Numbered from the stretch's first letter, positions 11,727 through 22,070 are shown. The stretch: 29,010 bases of DNA from Archaeoglobaceae archaeon (GCA_038893835.1 JAWAQR010000016.1:1-29010); one strand, 5' to 3'. A program made the numbers and translations. The notes: generated by a model from the sequence alone, not told the origin.

Positions 11727-12895
11727 AAAGTTCTCTGCCTTTTTAGAAAACTGAGAAGCTTGGAATTCTTTTTCCACTCCTCAATCAAATTCGAAAATCC
11801 TGAAAGAAAGTTCAGAACCTCTTCAAGACTATCAAAAACCATTGGCTTCTGCGAGAACATCTCTCTTATACTTTCCCTAACGAACCAGACCCCTATTGGT
11901 ATTTTGAAGCCGGAATATATTTCTCTCCATAGTATAGCAGAAGCCTGTCTTTTTATCTTAACCAAATACTCTGCAGTAGCCAGTCTTGCTGAATAATAGC
12001 ATCCGCCAAGAGTTGCGTAATCCTTTCTACCACCATATCCTTCACTATCGCATTCTAACACAATTCTTTTCCCGAAATTCCAGGTTGTGTCTGGAAACCA
12101 TGCTTCTCCCCATTCAAAGCTCCAAATTCTTGGAAGTAGTATCGCCATGAACAGATTCTTTGCTCTCCTGTAAACAAAGGCGTAATATTCATCTAAAATC
12201 TCGAATTCTCTGATTTCGTCGATTAAATATCTAGAAATTGTATCATCGACAGCTGTAATGGCCCATCTGGTTGGAACTAGCCTTCTTCTTCTACCTAGAG
12301 CTCCAGCTGACAGTAGTTTTTGAATATGTGATACAGGCACGTTTTCATCATACAAAAGCGTTATCGCATCGTAAGCTTTGAGATCAAAATCGTTGTAAAC
12401 TTTTTCAATTGCAGCAGGAACTTTTGAACTTCCACATATCCTTACATTCTTTGCAGGTGCAAATGGGCCAAAAGGGGCATGATGCTCGTCTAACGCAACC
12501 TTTGGCTTTGGAGGTTTTTCGAACTTCATTTCAACTTCTACCGGTTTCTCGTAAAGGCTTAATTCTTGGATTATTTCGGCAATTTTTGAGTTCGGTTTTA
12601 TGGTGTTTACTCTAAATTGACCAAGAATCAATGAATACCTGAAATTTAGAATTTCCTCGATGCTGAAGTTCTTCCAGAACTCTGGTTTGTCGTATATCTC
12701 AGTATCACCGACAAATGGTGGAACTGCTGGACAGGCGAAGGTATTTGGGTAGTTTTTTCTTCCAACGAAAATGGATGGAGGAGATGAACCATAGATTTCT
12801 GTGGAATATATTACCTTTACTTCCTGATCAAAAACTCTACAACTCTTTCCGCACAACATTCTGCCTCTGCAAATCAGACAGAGTTTTTCATCCAC
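11714..12895 (-). CDS. nreA: Nre family DNA repair protein (PCNA-interacting; DUF650/DUF651)
   Basis: N-terminal CxxC..LCG..C, GSSPPSIFVG..YP, RLVPTRWAITAVD, GGCYYSARLA, PIGVWFVRE and C-terminal PIP box QRTLCSF. Confidence 0.9.
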   Translation of the reverse strand: MDEKLCLICRGRMLCGKSCRVFDQEVKVIYSTEIYGSSPPSIFVGRKNYPNTFACPAVPPFVGDTEIYDKPEFWKNFSIEEILNFRYSLILGQFRVNTIKPNSKIAEIIQELSLYEKPVEVEMKFEKPPKPKVALDEHHAPFGPFAPAKNVRICGSSKVPAAIEKVYNDFDLKAYDAITLLYDENVPVSHIQKLLSAGALGRRRRLVPTRWAITAVDDTISRYLIDEIREFEILDEYYAFVYRRAKNLFMAILLPRIWSFEWGEAWFPDTTWNFGKRIVLECDSEGYGGRKDYATLGGCYYSARLATAEYLVKIKRQASAILWREIYSGFKIPIGVWFVRESIREMFSQKPMVFDSLEEVLNFLSGFSNLIEEWKKNSKLLSFLKRQRTLCSF

Positions 12896-12942
12896 AACAA
12901 AAGATCGACGAGAAATTTAAATACTTTTGTTTGACTTTAGCT

Positions 12943-14052
12943 GTGGAGAAAAACATTCGCTTTATTGTTTTCATGGGTGTTGTCAGTCTTTTTGCAGACA
13001 TGAGTTATGAGGGTGCTAGGAGCATTTCTGGAGCTTATCTTGCAACCTTGGGTATAAGCGCAGCTTTACTGGGATTTTTTATAGGATTGGGTGAATTTTT
13101 GTGCTACTCTCTTCGAATACCCTTCGGATATCTCACAGACAAATCCTCCAGTTATTGGTTCTTCACTTTTTCTGGCTACATCTTGATCTTTTCTATCCCT
13201 CTAATAGCATTCACAGAATCTTGGGAAATTGTAATAGTTCTTCTCATTTTGGAAAGAATTGGAAAGGCCTTGAGGACTCCTGCAAGAGATACGATCATTT
13301 CCTTTGCAACATCTAAAATTGGAACTGGAAAAGCCTTCGGTATTCATGAGGCTCTAGATCAGATAGGGGCAGTTTTGGGCCCATTGATAATCTTCCTCAT
13401 CCTTTACATTGGTTATGGATATAAGGAAAGCTTTCTTTTCCTCTTCTTCCCATCCCTTCTAGCAGTAATTTTTCTTTATCTAGCAAAAAAGGAGTTTAAA
13501 TTTGAAGTCTCGGAAAAAATTGTTTTGCTCAGGGGAAGTTTAAACTTCTATTTGCTTTTCACTTTATTCTCAATCTCTGGCTTGGTAAATTTTCAATTAA
13601 TCGCATTCCATCTAGAGAATAAAGCTATTTTTGGGAGAGAAATGATTCCAGTTCTTTATGCAATGGCAATGGGGGTTGATGCGATCTCAGCACTTGTATC
13701 GGGGAGGATGTATGATAGATTTGGTCTAAAAACTCTCTTCGCAGTCCCACTCTTAACTCCACTTTCAGTTTCTCTCTCCTTTTCATTTCCTCCGCTTGGA
13801 ATCTTTCTTTTTGGCATAATTCTTGGAATGCAGGAATCTGTTATGCGCGCCGCTATTGCGAGTGTAAGTGAGGCGAAAAAGAGGGCTACTGCATATGGGG
13901 TTTTTAACACAGTAATGGGTTTTGGATTCTTCTTGGGTGGAATTGCCTTTGGTTTTCTCTATCCAGATTTGCAGCTGATGACACTTTACTCCATTTTATG
14001 CGAGATCCTTGCAATCGTCTTTTTAATCAAAGTTATGGAAAATAAAAGTTAA
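12943..14052 (+). CDS. MFS transporter
   Basis: Highly hydrophobic; SLFADMSYEGARS, GYLTDK, ERIGKALRTPARD, GRMYDRFG. Start moved to GTG 12943 because the longer ORF overlaps nreA; TTTAAATA box at 12916-12923. Confidence 0.9.
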   Translation: MEKNIRFIVFMGVVSLFADMSYEGARSISGAYLATLGISAALLGFFIGLGEFLCYSLRIPFGYLTDKSSSYWFFTFSGYILIFSIPLIAFTESWEIVIVLLILERIGKALRTPARDTIISFATSKIGTGKAFGIHEALDQIGAVLGPLIIFLILYIGYGYKESFLFLFFPSLLAVIFLYLAKKEFKFEVSEKIVLLRGSLNFYLLFTLFSISGLVNFQLIAFHLENKAIFGREMIPVLYAMAMGVDAISALVSGRMYDRFGLKTLFAVPLLTPLSVSLSFSFPPLGIFLFGIILGMQESVMRAAIASVSEAKKRATAYGVFNTVMGFGFFLGGIAFGFLYPDLQLMTLYSILCEILAIVFLIKVMENKS

Positions 14053-14057
14053 TTTTG

Positions 14058-14134
<77 letters not shown>

Positions 14135-14155
14135 CTTGGAGAGTCTTTTTCTAGG

Positions 14156-14170
14156 ATATAAAAATTTTGA
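14156..14170 (-). promoter_or_regulatory. Putative BRE/TATA of tRNA-Pro
   Basis: Minus strand CAAAATTTTTATAT about 25-30 nt upstream of the mature tRNA 5' end. Confidence 0.55.
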
Positions 14171-14179
14171 GCTTTATGC

Positions 14180-14542
14180 TCAGCATTCGAACTCATCCAC
14201 AGGTATGAACTTCGTTCCATAGTAAATTATACCAGTTTCACCATCCTCGCCATACTTTCTGAACACTTTCTTAACCCTAGTTCCTATTTGAACGTCTCCA
14301 CAGACTTCTGCAAGCATCCTCGCACCATTATCGAACTCTATTAGTGCTATTTTCTTTCCATTCACGATCGTATAACTCAGAACTTTCCCATTTTCCTGAA
14401 CTTTCACATCTCTGATTACTCCTTTTCTCCTGCATTTTGGGCAAATCTCTCTTTGCGGGTAATAATAACTGTTACAGTTCTCACAAAAACTGACCAAAAC
14501 ATCGTATCGATACTTTATCTTTCTCCAAAACATAGGAACCAT
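14180..14542 (-). CDS. DUF35 family Zn-ribbon/OB-fold scaffold protein
   Basis: CENC...YPQREICPKC zinc ribbon, GKVLSYT, FRK and YGTKF; lies directly downstream of the thiolase. Confidence 0.92.
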   Translation of the reverse strand: MVPMFWRKIKYRYDVLVSFCENCNSYYYPQREICPKCRRKGVIRDVKVQENGKVLSYTIVNGKKIALIEFDNGARMLAEVCGDVQIGTRVKKVFRKYGEDGETGIIYYGTKFIPVDEFEC

Positions 14543-14548
14543 TTTTTC

Positions 14549-15700
14549 TCACCTCGAGAGAATGCTAACAACAGCTGTAGCTCCACTGCCTCCCAGATTT
14601 AATGCTAGAGCTTTCTCAGCATTTATTTGCCTTTTTCCAGCCTCACCTCTTAACTGAATCACCAGATCGACTATTTGTCTTATTCCAGTAGCTCCAACTG
14701 CATGTCCACAAGCCTTCAGACCACCTGATGTATTTATGGGAATTTTTCCACCAATCTCTGTCTCTCCTTCTCGAATCAGCTTTGCACCTTCACCTTTTTT
14801 AGCAAAACCAAGGTCCTCATAGGCAAGTAGCTCAGCAATCGTGAAGGAATCATGTACTTCGGCAACATCTATATCCTTTGCTTCAATTCCCGCAATCTTG
14901 TAAGCTTCTCTTGAAGCTTTAACTACGGAATAGAATGTTAGGATGTCCTTTCTATTCTGAATTGAGAAGTAATCGCTCGCCTGCGTGCATGCGTCAATGT
15001 AAACTGGAGTATCGCATAGCTTTCTCGCAATTTTCTCATTTGCCAAAACAACCGCAGAAGCTCCATCACAAAGCGGTGCACAGTCTAGAACTTTCAACGG
15101 TTCTGCAACATATGGAGAGCTCATGACATCTTCTACGCTTATTTCCTTCCTAATCTGCGCTTTTGGATTGTGTACGGCATTTCTATGGTTCTTAACAGCG
15201 ATCATGGCTAGGTCTTCTTCAGTCGTTCCAAACTTGTGCATGTGCAGTTTTGCGATTATGGCGTATATTGCTGGTAAATTTGCTCCGATGAACCTCTCCC
15301 ATTCTTGATCTATCGCTGTGGATAGTATTTCCATTGGATCGCTCGCGTCTGTAACCTTTTCAACACCTGCTGCGATGACTATGTCATGCATCCCCGATGC
15401 AACTGCCATATAAGCTTGTCTGAAAGCGGATCCTCCGCTGGCATCCGCATTTTCAACTCTAACCGCAGGTATTCCGAATTCAGCAAGACCTGCATGGTCT
15501 ACTATTAGCGCTGCAATGTGCTCCTGATCTACAAATTTTCCCCCACTCATGTTTCCAACGTAAATTGCCTCAACTTCTTTCCCACCTATCCCCGCATCTT
15601 CGAGTGCAAGCATTCCTGCGCTTAGAAAAAGGCTTCGAAAACTTCTATCCCATAGTTCACCAAATTCGGTGGATCCTATTCCTATTATGGCCACTCTCAT
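14549..15700 (-). CDS. Archaeal acetoacetyl-CoA thiolase family protein (catalytic-Cys motif reads ENADASG)
   Basis: MRVAIIG start shares an ATGA with the HMGCS stop; [46 protein letters not shown]. Confidence 0.9.
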   Translation of the reverse strand: MRVAIIGIGSTEFGELWDRSFRSLFLSAGMLALEDAGIGGKEVEAIYVGNMSGGKFVDQEHIAALIVDHAGLAEFGIPAVRVENADASGGSAFRQAYMAVASGMHDIVIAAGVEKVTDASDPMEILSTAIDQEWERFIGANLPAIYAIIAKLHMHKFGTTEEDLAMIAVKNHRNAVHNPKAQIRKEISVEDVMSSPYVAEPLKVLDCAPLCDGASAVVLANEKIARKLCDTPVYIDACTQASDYFSIQNRKDILTFYSVVKASREAYKIAGIEAKDIDVAEVHDSFTIAELLAYEDLGFAKKGEGAKLIREGETEIGGKIPINTSGGLKACGHAVGATGIRQIVDLVIQLRGEAGKRQINAEKALALNLGGSGATAVVSILSR

Positions 15701-16725
15701 TTTATCATCCTCCTGTGCTTTAAATATAGCGCATAATCGATGTAAATTCCCCTTTTTACCTTTTCCCAAACCTTAGTATTTCTCGGATATTCTAGAATAT
15801 TCTCAGTTACTCTAATTGCAAACGCATCACTTCCAGCTCCGGAGCCAAAGGAAACCATGAGTATCCTTTGATCTGGCTGAGCCTTGTCTAGAATGCTGCA
15901 AAGGCCGAGCAAGGAGGATGCAGAGTAAGTATTTCCTATAAACTTTACCAGTAAACCATCCGCTATTTTCTCCTCACCGAATCCGAGCATCGAAGCAACT
16001 CTTTGCGGAAACTTTGCGTTTGGCTGATGAAAGACTGCGTAATCGAAATCTTTGACCGTGTATCCATATTCTTCCATTAACCTCTTTGCAGCTGAAATTA
16101 CATGCCTGAAGTAAGCAGGAGCCCCTGTAAATCTCCCTCCATGACTTGGATATGGCTGAAGATCTCTCCTCCAAAAATCGGGAGTATCGCTTGTATAAGA
16201 TACTGTTGCTTCAATCTCGGCAATCGGATCTTTCCCTATCAGTACAGCCGCAGCTCCAGCAGCTGCTGTATATTCTAGCGCATCTCCTGGCTTTGCTTGT
16301 GCAATATCTGAGCCTATGGAAAGTCCATATTCTATCATTCCAGCTTTAACCATTGCATAACAAATTTGAATTCCTGCCGTTGCAGCTTTACAGGCAAACT
16401 CTAAGTCCGCGCAGAAGTAATGATTCCCAACACCAAGCGCTTCTCCAACTATTGTTGCAGTTGGTTTAACAGCATATGGATGACTTTCTGAACCCACAAA
16501 TATAGCTCCTATTCTTTCAGGATCAATCTTAACTCTAGCTATCGCCTCCCTACTCGCCTCAACTGCCATAGTTGCTGTATCTTCATCAACATCTGGTACG
16601 GATTTTTCGTAAACACCCAAGTTCTGCTTAATTGCATTCGCATCTTCATTCCAAATTCTGGCGATTTCTTCAACTTTTATCCTGAATTTTGGTATGTATG
16701 TTCCATAAGAGACTATGCCTATCAT
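15697..16725 (-). CDS. Hydroxymethylglutaryl-CoA synthase (archaeal type)
   Basis: [30 protein letters not shown] (catalytic Cys), [20 protein letters not shown]. Confidence 0.95.
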   Translation of the reverse strand: MIGIVSYGTYIPKFRIKVEEIARIWNEDANAIKQNLGVYEKSVPDVDEDTATMAVEASREAIARVKIDPERIGAIFVGSESHPYAVKPTATIVGEALGVGNHYFCADLEFACKAATAGIQICYAMVKAGMIEYGLSIGSDIAQAKPGDALEYTAAAGAAAVLIGKDPIAEIEATVSYTSDTPDFWRRDLQPYPSHGGRFTGAPAYFRHVISAAKRLMEEYGYTVKDFDYAVFHQPNAKFPQRVASMLGFGEEKIADGLLVKFIGNTYSASSLLGLCSILDKAQPDQRILMVSFGSGAGSDAFAIRVTENILEYPRNTKVWEKVKRGIYIDYALYLKHRRMIK

Positions 16726-17399
16726 ACAAAATTCCTCCTCAAATTCTCGATCATTTTGGGAATTTCAAGCTCAGTCTTGATTAAGGGAATCTTCTCAACT
16801 TCTGCAAGTTTTAAAGCAATTTCATCAACTTTCTGAATACCATGTAGAACAACTGTTGACGGCTTAAGACTTGAAACCCTGATGGCAACCATTGGTGATC
16901 TTCCGCTGCTAACTTTTGTGAATATAAGAGCTCTCTCGGTTGTAAGACCAAAGAGTTTGAAGAAGTCATAAGAGCTGAACTTTAAAATCGCTGAAAGGCT
17001 ATCTATTATCGTGTGTCCATTGACATCTCTTTCAAAATCGTTTAACCTTACACCTTCCACAGCCTTGCAGAATTCATCGAGATCGACACTTCTAGAATAC
17101 TCGACCAAATCGATTATTGCAGGTAGGAAATCGAAATCAACAAATTTTGTTACCGTTCTTCCTCCCTTTTCCATGTCCAGCTCGATCAAAGCGGTGACGA
17201 ATTTTCTGATAAAAGCGACTCCTGGATTTCTTCTATTTGCCTCATAATCGCTTATAACAGAAGGGGATATTTTTAGCTTTCTTGCAAGCTCGCTTTGAGA
17301 AATAGAAAATATCCTCCTCCATTTTTTCATTGTCTCTCCACTGTTTTCTGATAAAACAATTTCACCACAAATTTTTTCAGCAAATCTACGCACATCCAC
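16722..17399 (-). CDS. XRE-type HTH transcriptional regulator (COG1709-like)
   Basis: [22 protein letters not shown]...[10 protein letters not shown] helix-turn-helix and [20 protein letters not shown]; ATGA overlap with HMGCS; TTTATAAA about 20-27 nt upstream. Confidence 0.88.
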   Translation of the reverse strand: MDVRRFAEKICGEIVLSENSGETMKKWRRIFSISQSELARKLKISPSVISDYEANRRNPGVAFIRKFVTALIELDMEKGGRTVTKFVDFDFLPAIIDLVEYSRSVDLDEFCKAVEGVRLNDFERDVNGHTIIDSLSAILKFSSYDFFKLFGLTTERALIFTKVSSGRSPMVAIRVSSLKPSTVVLHGIQKVDEIALKLAEVEKIPLIKTELEIPKMIENLRRNFV

Positions 17400-17457
17400 A
17401 ATAAAAGTTTACAGGTTGTTTATAAATTTAACTAATTGTCTAAATTAAAATCGACTT

Positions 17458-18744
17458 TTATCGAACTTTTTCCCATTTGTATAATTCTACCACATCCGCT
17501 AGCGTTCTCCCCTTCTCCTCTATTTCACCCCTTATCCTATCTTCTGCTTTCTTCACTTCAAAAGCCCTCTTTGCAATTTCATATGCTCTCTGTTTTGGTA
17601 TAACCATCACTCCGTTGTCATCTGCAATTATCCAGTCCCCAGGATTCACTTCCAAACCTCCGCAAAAGATTCGAACGTTTATCTCACCAAATCCCTTGGG
17701 CTCGCCTGCATTTGGAACTTCCCTTCTCGCAAAGACAGGAAAACCTAGTGCTCTTATGTCATCAACATCCCTTACGGCTCCATCGATTATAACTCCAGCT
17801 ATTTTTCTGTTTAGGCAACTCCTAGTTGCTAACTCTCCCCAGACAGCTGCAGTATCTCCGGAGCATTTTATTACGATCACGTCTCCTTCTCCAGCAACGT
17901 TTATAGCCTCAACAGGTTTTGCCCAGTCTCCATCCATTGTGCTTACAGTCACAGCTTTTCCAACGATTTTCTTTCCTCTAACAAGCGGGTAAATCCCCTC
18001 CATTGCCCTTGCTCTATGCATCGCATCGCTTACGTTTGGAGTTGAAACCTTCATCAAAAGTTCCCTTATTTCCTCATCCATACTCTTCTTTACATAGATC
18101 CCACTCCTTTTATCGATGGCTTCCCTTATCTTCCTTGCAGCTTCTGTAACGTTTCTCGATTTCACGATGTTGCTACCAACTATCACTATTTTGGCACCCA
18201 AGGAAACACAAAAGGATGCCTTTTCAGCATCAAGCCCACCAGCGGTAGCAATGGGTATGTTAACAGCATTTACAACTTCTTTCAGAACTTCTATTGGATC
18301 TAATCCAATCATTTGCTGATCTACACCAACATGAACGTTTATATAATCAACTCCTAGCTCCTCAAGCTCTTTTGCTCTTTCAACGGGCTTGGGATGGTTA
18401 ATCAAATCAGCCATTATTTGGCATCCATACTTTTTTCCAGCCCTTATCGCTTCAGCAATAGTTGCGTTGTTGGACAAACCAAGGATTATGACTATTTCTG
18501 CCCCACTTTTAGCTGCCATTTCAACTTCAACTGCTCCTGTATCTATTGTTTTCATATCCGCGACGATCTTGTGATCTTTAAATTTTTTCTTTAATTCTCG
18601 GATCGCATTCATTCCTTCGCTCTTAATTAAGGGTGTTCCAGCCTCAATCCAATCAACTCCTCCTCTTATTGCCTCTTCAGCAATTTCAAGTGCTCTTTTC
18701 AACTCCACAAGATCCAAGGCTACCTGAAGGATTGGTCTATCCAT
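17458..18744 (-). CDS. 3-hexulose-6-phosphate synthase fused to RraA/MenG-like domain
   Basis: LQVALD, WIEAGTPLIKSEG, ADMKTIDTG and HVGVDQQ (HPS); STPNVSDAM, AVWGELAT, DGAVRDVDDI and PGDWIIADDNGV (RraA-like). Start moved to ATG 18744. Confidence 0.9.
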   Translation of the reverse strand: MDRPILQVALDLVELKRALEIAEEAIRGGVDWIEAGTPLIKSEGMNAIRELKKKFKDHKIVADMKTIDTGAVEVEMAAKSGAEIVIILGLSNNATIAEAIRAGKKYGCQIMADLINHPKPVERAKELEELGVDYINVHVGVDQQMIGLDPIEVLKEVVNAVNIPIATAGGLDAEKASFCVSLGAKIVIVGSNIVKSRNVTEAARKIREAIDKRSGIYVKKSMDEEIRELLMKVSTPNVSDAMHRARAMEGIYPLVRGKKIVGKAVTVSTMDGDWAKPVEAINVAGEGDVIVIKCSGDTAAVWGELATRSCLNRKIAGVIIDGAVRDVDDIRALGFPVFARREVPNAGEPKGFGEINVRIFCGGLEVNPGDWIIADDNGVMVIPKQRAYEIAKRAFEVKKAEDRIRGEIEEKGRTLADVVELYKWEKVR

Positions 18745-18819
18745 AACAAAATTTCGAAGCTGAGAATTTTCATCTTTTCGTTGGAGCAAAAGTTATTAAG
18801 AAGGGGAGCAACGTTGTGC

Positions 18820-19050
18820 ATGGTCGTTGGCGTGACACTTGTAAACGTTCTAGCAGGGAAAGAAAAGGAAGTTTATATAAAAATGAAGGAAATAAATAAT
18901 GTAAAGGATGTTTACCACGTCTTTGGTGAATTTGACTTCGTCGTCATAATCCATGCGAGTTCTCTTTCAGAACTCAACAAAACGGTCGATGAAATACGCA
19001 GAATCCCTGGCGTTACAAAGACTCAGACAGTAGTTGGAGCTGAAATATGA
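18820..19050 (+). CDS. Stand-alone Lrp/AsnC ligand-binding (RAM) domain protein
   Basis: 76 aa; VFGEFDFVV and IRRIPGVTKTQT; no HTH; TTATTAAG box at 18793-18800; ATGA overlap with top6B. Confidence 0.85.
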   Translation: MVVGVTLVNVLAGKEKEVYIKMKEINNVKDVYHVFGEFDFVVIIHASSLSELNKTVDEIRRIPGVTKTQTVVGAEI

Positions 19051-20870
19051 GTGAATTAAAAGAGATAAGCGTTGCAGAATTTTTTGAAAAAAACAAGCAC
19101 ATCCTTGGCTATACGAATCCTGCAAAGGCATTGATAACGGTTGTAAAGGAAGCTGTGGATAATGCTTTAGATGCATGTGAAGATGCCGGAATTTTGCCGG
19201 ACATCTTTGTTAGAATATGCTCCATTGGTGAAAGCTTTTTTAAAGTTGTGGTCGAGGACAATGGACCGGGGATAAAGAAGGAGTTTGTTGCAAGAGCTTT
19301 TGGAAAGCTTTTGTATGGTTCTAGGTTTCATGAGATTAGGCAAAGTAGGGGGCAGCAGGGCATAGGGATATCTGGAGCTGTGCTGTATGCCCAGCTGACA
19401 ACGGGTAAGCCAACGATCGTTTTAACTAAAACGGCAGATTCTCCAAAGGCTTATAAAGTCCATCTTTACATAGATACGAAGAGAAATGAACCAGTAATAG
19501 AAAAGGAAAGTGAAGAAGACTGGTTCATGCCTCATGGTACAAGGGTTGAACTCGAAGTTCTCGGGAGTTATGTTAAGGAAAAAAAGCAGAGCGTTTTTGA
19601 ATATCTCAGGGAAACTTCTGTGATAAATCCGCATGCAAGAATAACATTTGTGGATCCTGAAGGAAATGTTTACGAGTTCAAAAGAAGTTCCAATGAAATT
19701 CCCAAAATTGCAAAGCCAATAAAACCGCATCCACATGGAATAGAACTCGGTAAACTAATAGCCATGCTCAGGGATACGAGGGCGAATACGATTAAAAAAT
19801 TTCTGAAAGAGGAATTTGTTAGGATTGGGGATAAAATAGCGGATGAAATATTAAAACAGGCCGGATTTTCAGGGAATGAGGATCCAAAGAGTCTTGGCAG
19901 AGTTGAAGCTCAAAGATTGTTAGAAGCTTTTAAAAAAGTTGAACTTCTTCCCCCTCCAACGGATTGTCTTTCCCCAATTGGTGAAGAATTGTTGATGAAA
20001 AGTCTTCTCCAAGAATATTCTCCAGAGTTCGTTTTCGCCATAACTAGGAAACCAAAGGTTTACAGTGGGCATCCGTTTTTCGTGGAAGTTGCGATTGCAT
20101 ATGGTGGGGAAATAAAGGGGGATAAAGTAACTCTACTCAGATTTGCGAACAAAGTTCCACTTTTATACCAGCAGAGCGGTTGTGCTCTGACAAAAGCGGT
20201 GGAGAGCATAAACTGGAAGAGTTATGGATTAGAGCAGAACAAAGATGAATTGCCAATGGGTAATGCAGTCATTCTAATTCATCTCGGTTCCACAAACATA
20301 CCATATACTTCTGAATCGAAGGAAGCTGTGGCGATGATTCCGGAGATAGTTGAGGAGGTGAGATTGGCCCTGCAAGAAGTTGGAAGAAAGTTGAAGGAAT
20401 ATATAGAAAAGAAGAGCAAACTGCAGGATAGGAAAAGGAAAGAAGAAGCAATTTCGAAGATTCTTCCACTGATAGCAAAAAAAGTTTGTGAAGTCTTGGA
20501 AAGAGAGCCTATAGAAGTGGATAAAATCGTTGCTAGAATCATGGGCTACGTTCACTTTGAAAGAACTGTTGTTGAGAAGAATGGATTTAAAGAAGTTACC
20601 CTCAGAATTTCCAACTTTAGCAAGACGAGGAAGGAATTCAAGGTTATCGAAAGTTGTGAGGGAGAAGTTTTTGTTGAAGATGCAAAAGTTTTCGGAGAAA
20701 AATACCCTTCAATAAGCTGGAATGTCTCCCTTTCCCCGAATGAAGAAAGGATGCTAAGATACATCCTTAGGGGCAGGATTTTGAACAAAAATCCGATGGT
20801 AGAGGGTCTAGACTCCTCTATTTTGAGCGGAGCAATTGTTATTAATCAGAACCTGAATTCTGAATTCTAG
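19047..20870 (+). CDS. top6B: DNA topoisomerase VI subunit B
   Basis: EISVAEFFEKN..LGY, KEAVDNALDA, EDNGPG, QSRGQQGIGIS, KPHPHG, RFANKVPL, PYTSESKEA; has a C-terminal extension domain. Confidence 0.97.
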   Translation: MSELKEISVAEFFEKNKHILGYTNPAKALITVVKEAVDNALDACEDAGILPDIFVRICSIGESFFKVVVEDNGPGIKKEFVARAFGKLLYGSRFHEIRQSRGQQGIGISGAVLYAQLTTGKPTIVLTKTADSPKAYKVHLYIDTKRNEPVIEKESEEDWFMPHGTRVELEVLGSYVKEKKQSVFEYLRETSVINPHARITFVDPEGNVYEFKRSSNEIPKIAKPIKPHPHGIELGKLIAMLRDTRANTIKKFLKEEFVRIGDKIADEILKQAGFSGNEDPKSLGRVEAQRLLEAFKKVELLPPPTDCLSPIGEELLMKSLLQEYSPEFVFAITRKPKVYSGHPFFVEVAIAYGGEIKGDKVTLLRFANKVPLLYQQSGCALTKAVESINWKSYGLEQNKDELPMGNAVILIHLGSTNIPYTSESKEAVAMIPEIVEEVRLALQEVGRKLKEYIEKKSKLQDRKRKEEAISKILPLIAKKVCEVLEREPIEVDKIVARIMGYVHFERTVVEKNGFKEVTLRISNFSKTRKEFKVIESCEGEVFVEDAKVFGEKYPSISWNVSLSPNEERMLRYILRGRILNKNPMVEGLDSSILSGAIVINQNLNSEF

Positions 20871-22070
20871 ATGATGCTGGAATTTGAAGTGAAGGCTGAA
20901 TGTGGAAAAGCGAGAGTTGGAGTGGCTAAAGTTAGGGGTAAGAAGTTCAGAACACCGGCCTTTTTACCAGTAGCCACATTGGCGAGCGTTCGAGCCTTAG
21001 ATTTTAGAGATCTGAGAGAAATTGGAGTAGAAATAATCATGGCAAACACTTTTCACTTGCATTTGAAGCCAGGAGATGAGTTGGTGAAGAAATTTGGAGG
21101 TATTCACAAGTTCATGAGATTTGAGGGGGTCATAGCAACTGATTCAGGTGGATTCCAGGTCTTTTCACTGGGTCTAGGAATGGAACATGGGATTGGAAAA
21201 ATAGCGGACAACATATTCCTCGAAAGGATCAGGACGAATGTGACAAAAAAAGGGGAAAAATGGATAGATGTGGATGATGAAGGTATAACTTTCCGCAATC
21301 CAGTAAATGGGGCTAAGATACGTCTTACTCCAAGAAAATCGATGGAGATTCAATCTAATCTCGGTAGCGACATAGTTTTTGCCTTCGACGAATGCACTTC
21401 TCCCCTTTCTGATAGGGAATACACAGCAAAAGCGTTGGAGAGAACTCATCGCTGGGCAATCGAATGTTTGAAAAGCTATGATAGATCCCAAGCCATTTTT
21501 GGAATAGTTCAAGGGGGAGAATATAAGGATCTTCGCCTGAAATCCGCTGAGTTCATATCGTCTCTCGAATTCGATGGATACGGAATAGGGGGATCGCTTG
21601 GAAAGAGTAAGCAGGACATGCACAACATATTAGAATGGGTGATCCCAATTTTAAAGCCAGATAAGCCCCGGCATTTGCTAGGAATAGGGGCTGTTGAAGA
21701 CATTTTCAATTGCGTTGAAAGGGGCGTGGACATGTTTGACTGCGTCTCACCAACCAGATGGGCGAGGAGGGGTCACCTTTACATTTCCCCAGCATCTGGG
21801 GGAAATGTGGAGAACAAGTTCAGGATACATATAAAGAATGCGGAGTTTAGGGAGGATGAAAGACCGATAGATGAGCAGTGCGATTGCTTTGTTTGCAAGA
21901 ATTACAGTAGAGCTTACCTTCATCACCTTTTTATTTCAAACGAACTAACTTACTTCCGCCTCTCTTCATATCACAACGTTTACTTCATGATTAAATTGAT
22001 GGAGGAAATAAGGAAGTCGATAGAGGGAAATTACTTTCAGGAACTCAAGAAGGAATGGCTTGGCTACTAG
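20871..22070 (+). CDS. tgt: tRNA-guanine transglycosylase, bacterial (G34) type
   Basis: TPAFLPVAT, ANTFHL.L.PG, TDSGGFQVFSL, AFDEC, GIVQGG, HLLGIG, FDCVSPTR and the CxCxxC...H zinc site; 399 aa with no PUA domain. Confidence 0.92.
   Translation: MMLEFEVKAECGKARVGVAKVRGKKFRTPAFLPVATLASVRALDFRDLREIGVEIIMANTFHLHLKPGDELVKKFGGIHKFMRFEGVIATDSGGFQVFSLGLGMEHGIGKIADNIFLERIRTNVTKKGEKWIDVDDEGITFRNPVNGAKIRLTPRKSMEIQSNLGSDIVFAFDECTSPLSDREYTAKALERTHRWAIECLKSYDRSQAIFGIVQGGEYKDLRLKSAEFISSLEFDGYGIGGSLGKSKQDMHNILEWVIPILKPDKPRHLLGIGAVEDIFNCVERGVDMFDCVSPTRWARRGHLYISPASGGNVENKFRIHIKNAEFREDERPIDEQCDCFVCKNYSRAYLHHLFISNELTYFRLSSYHNVYFMIKLMEEIRKSIEGNYFQELKKEWLGY

Noticed and set aside
12715-12942. N-terminal extension of the MFS ORF (likewise the long starts given for the thiolase, HPS, lrp, cdhE, pth2 and radical SAM ORFs)
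   Set aside because: The extensions overlap neighbouring genes or promoters; downstream starts fit family N-termini and RBS/TATA spacing better.
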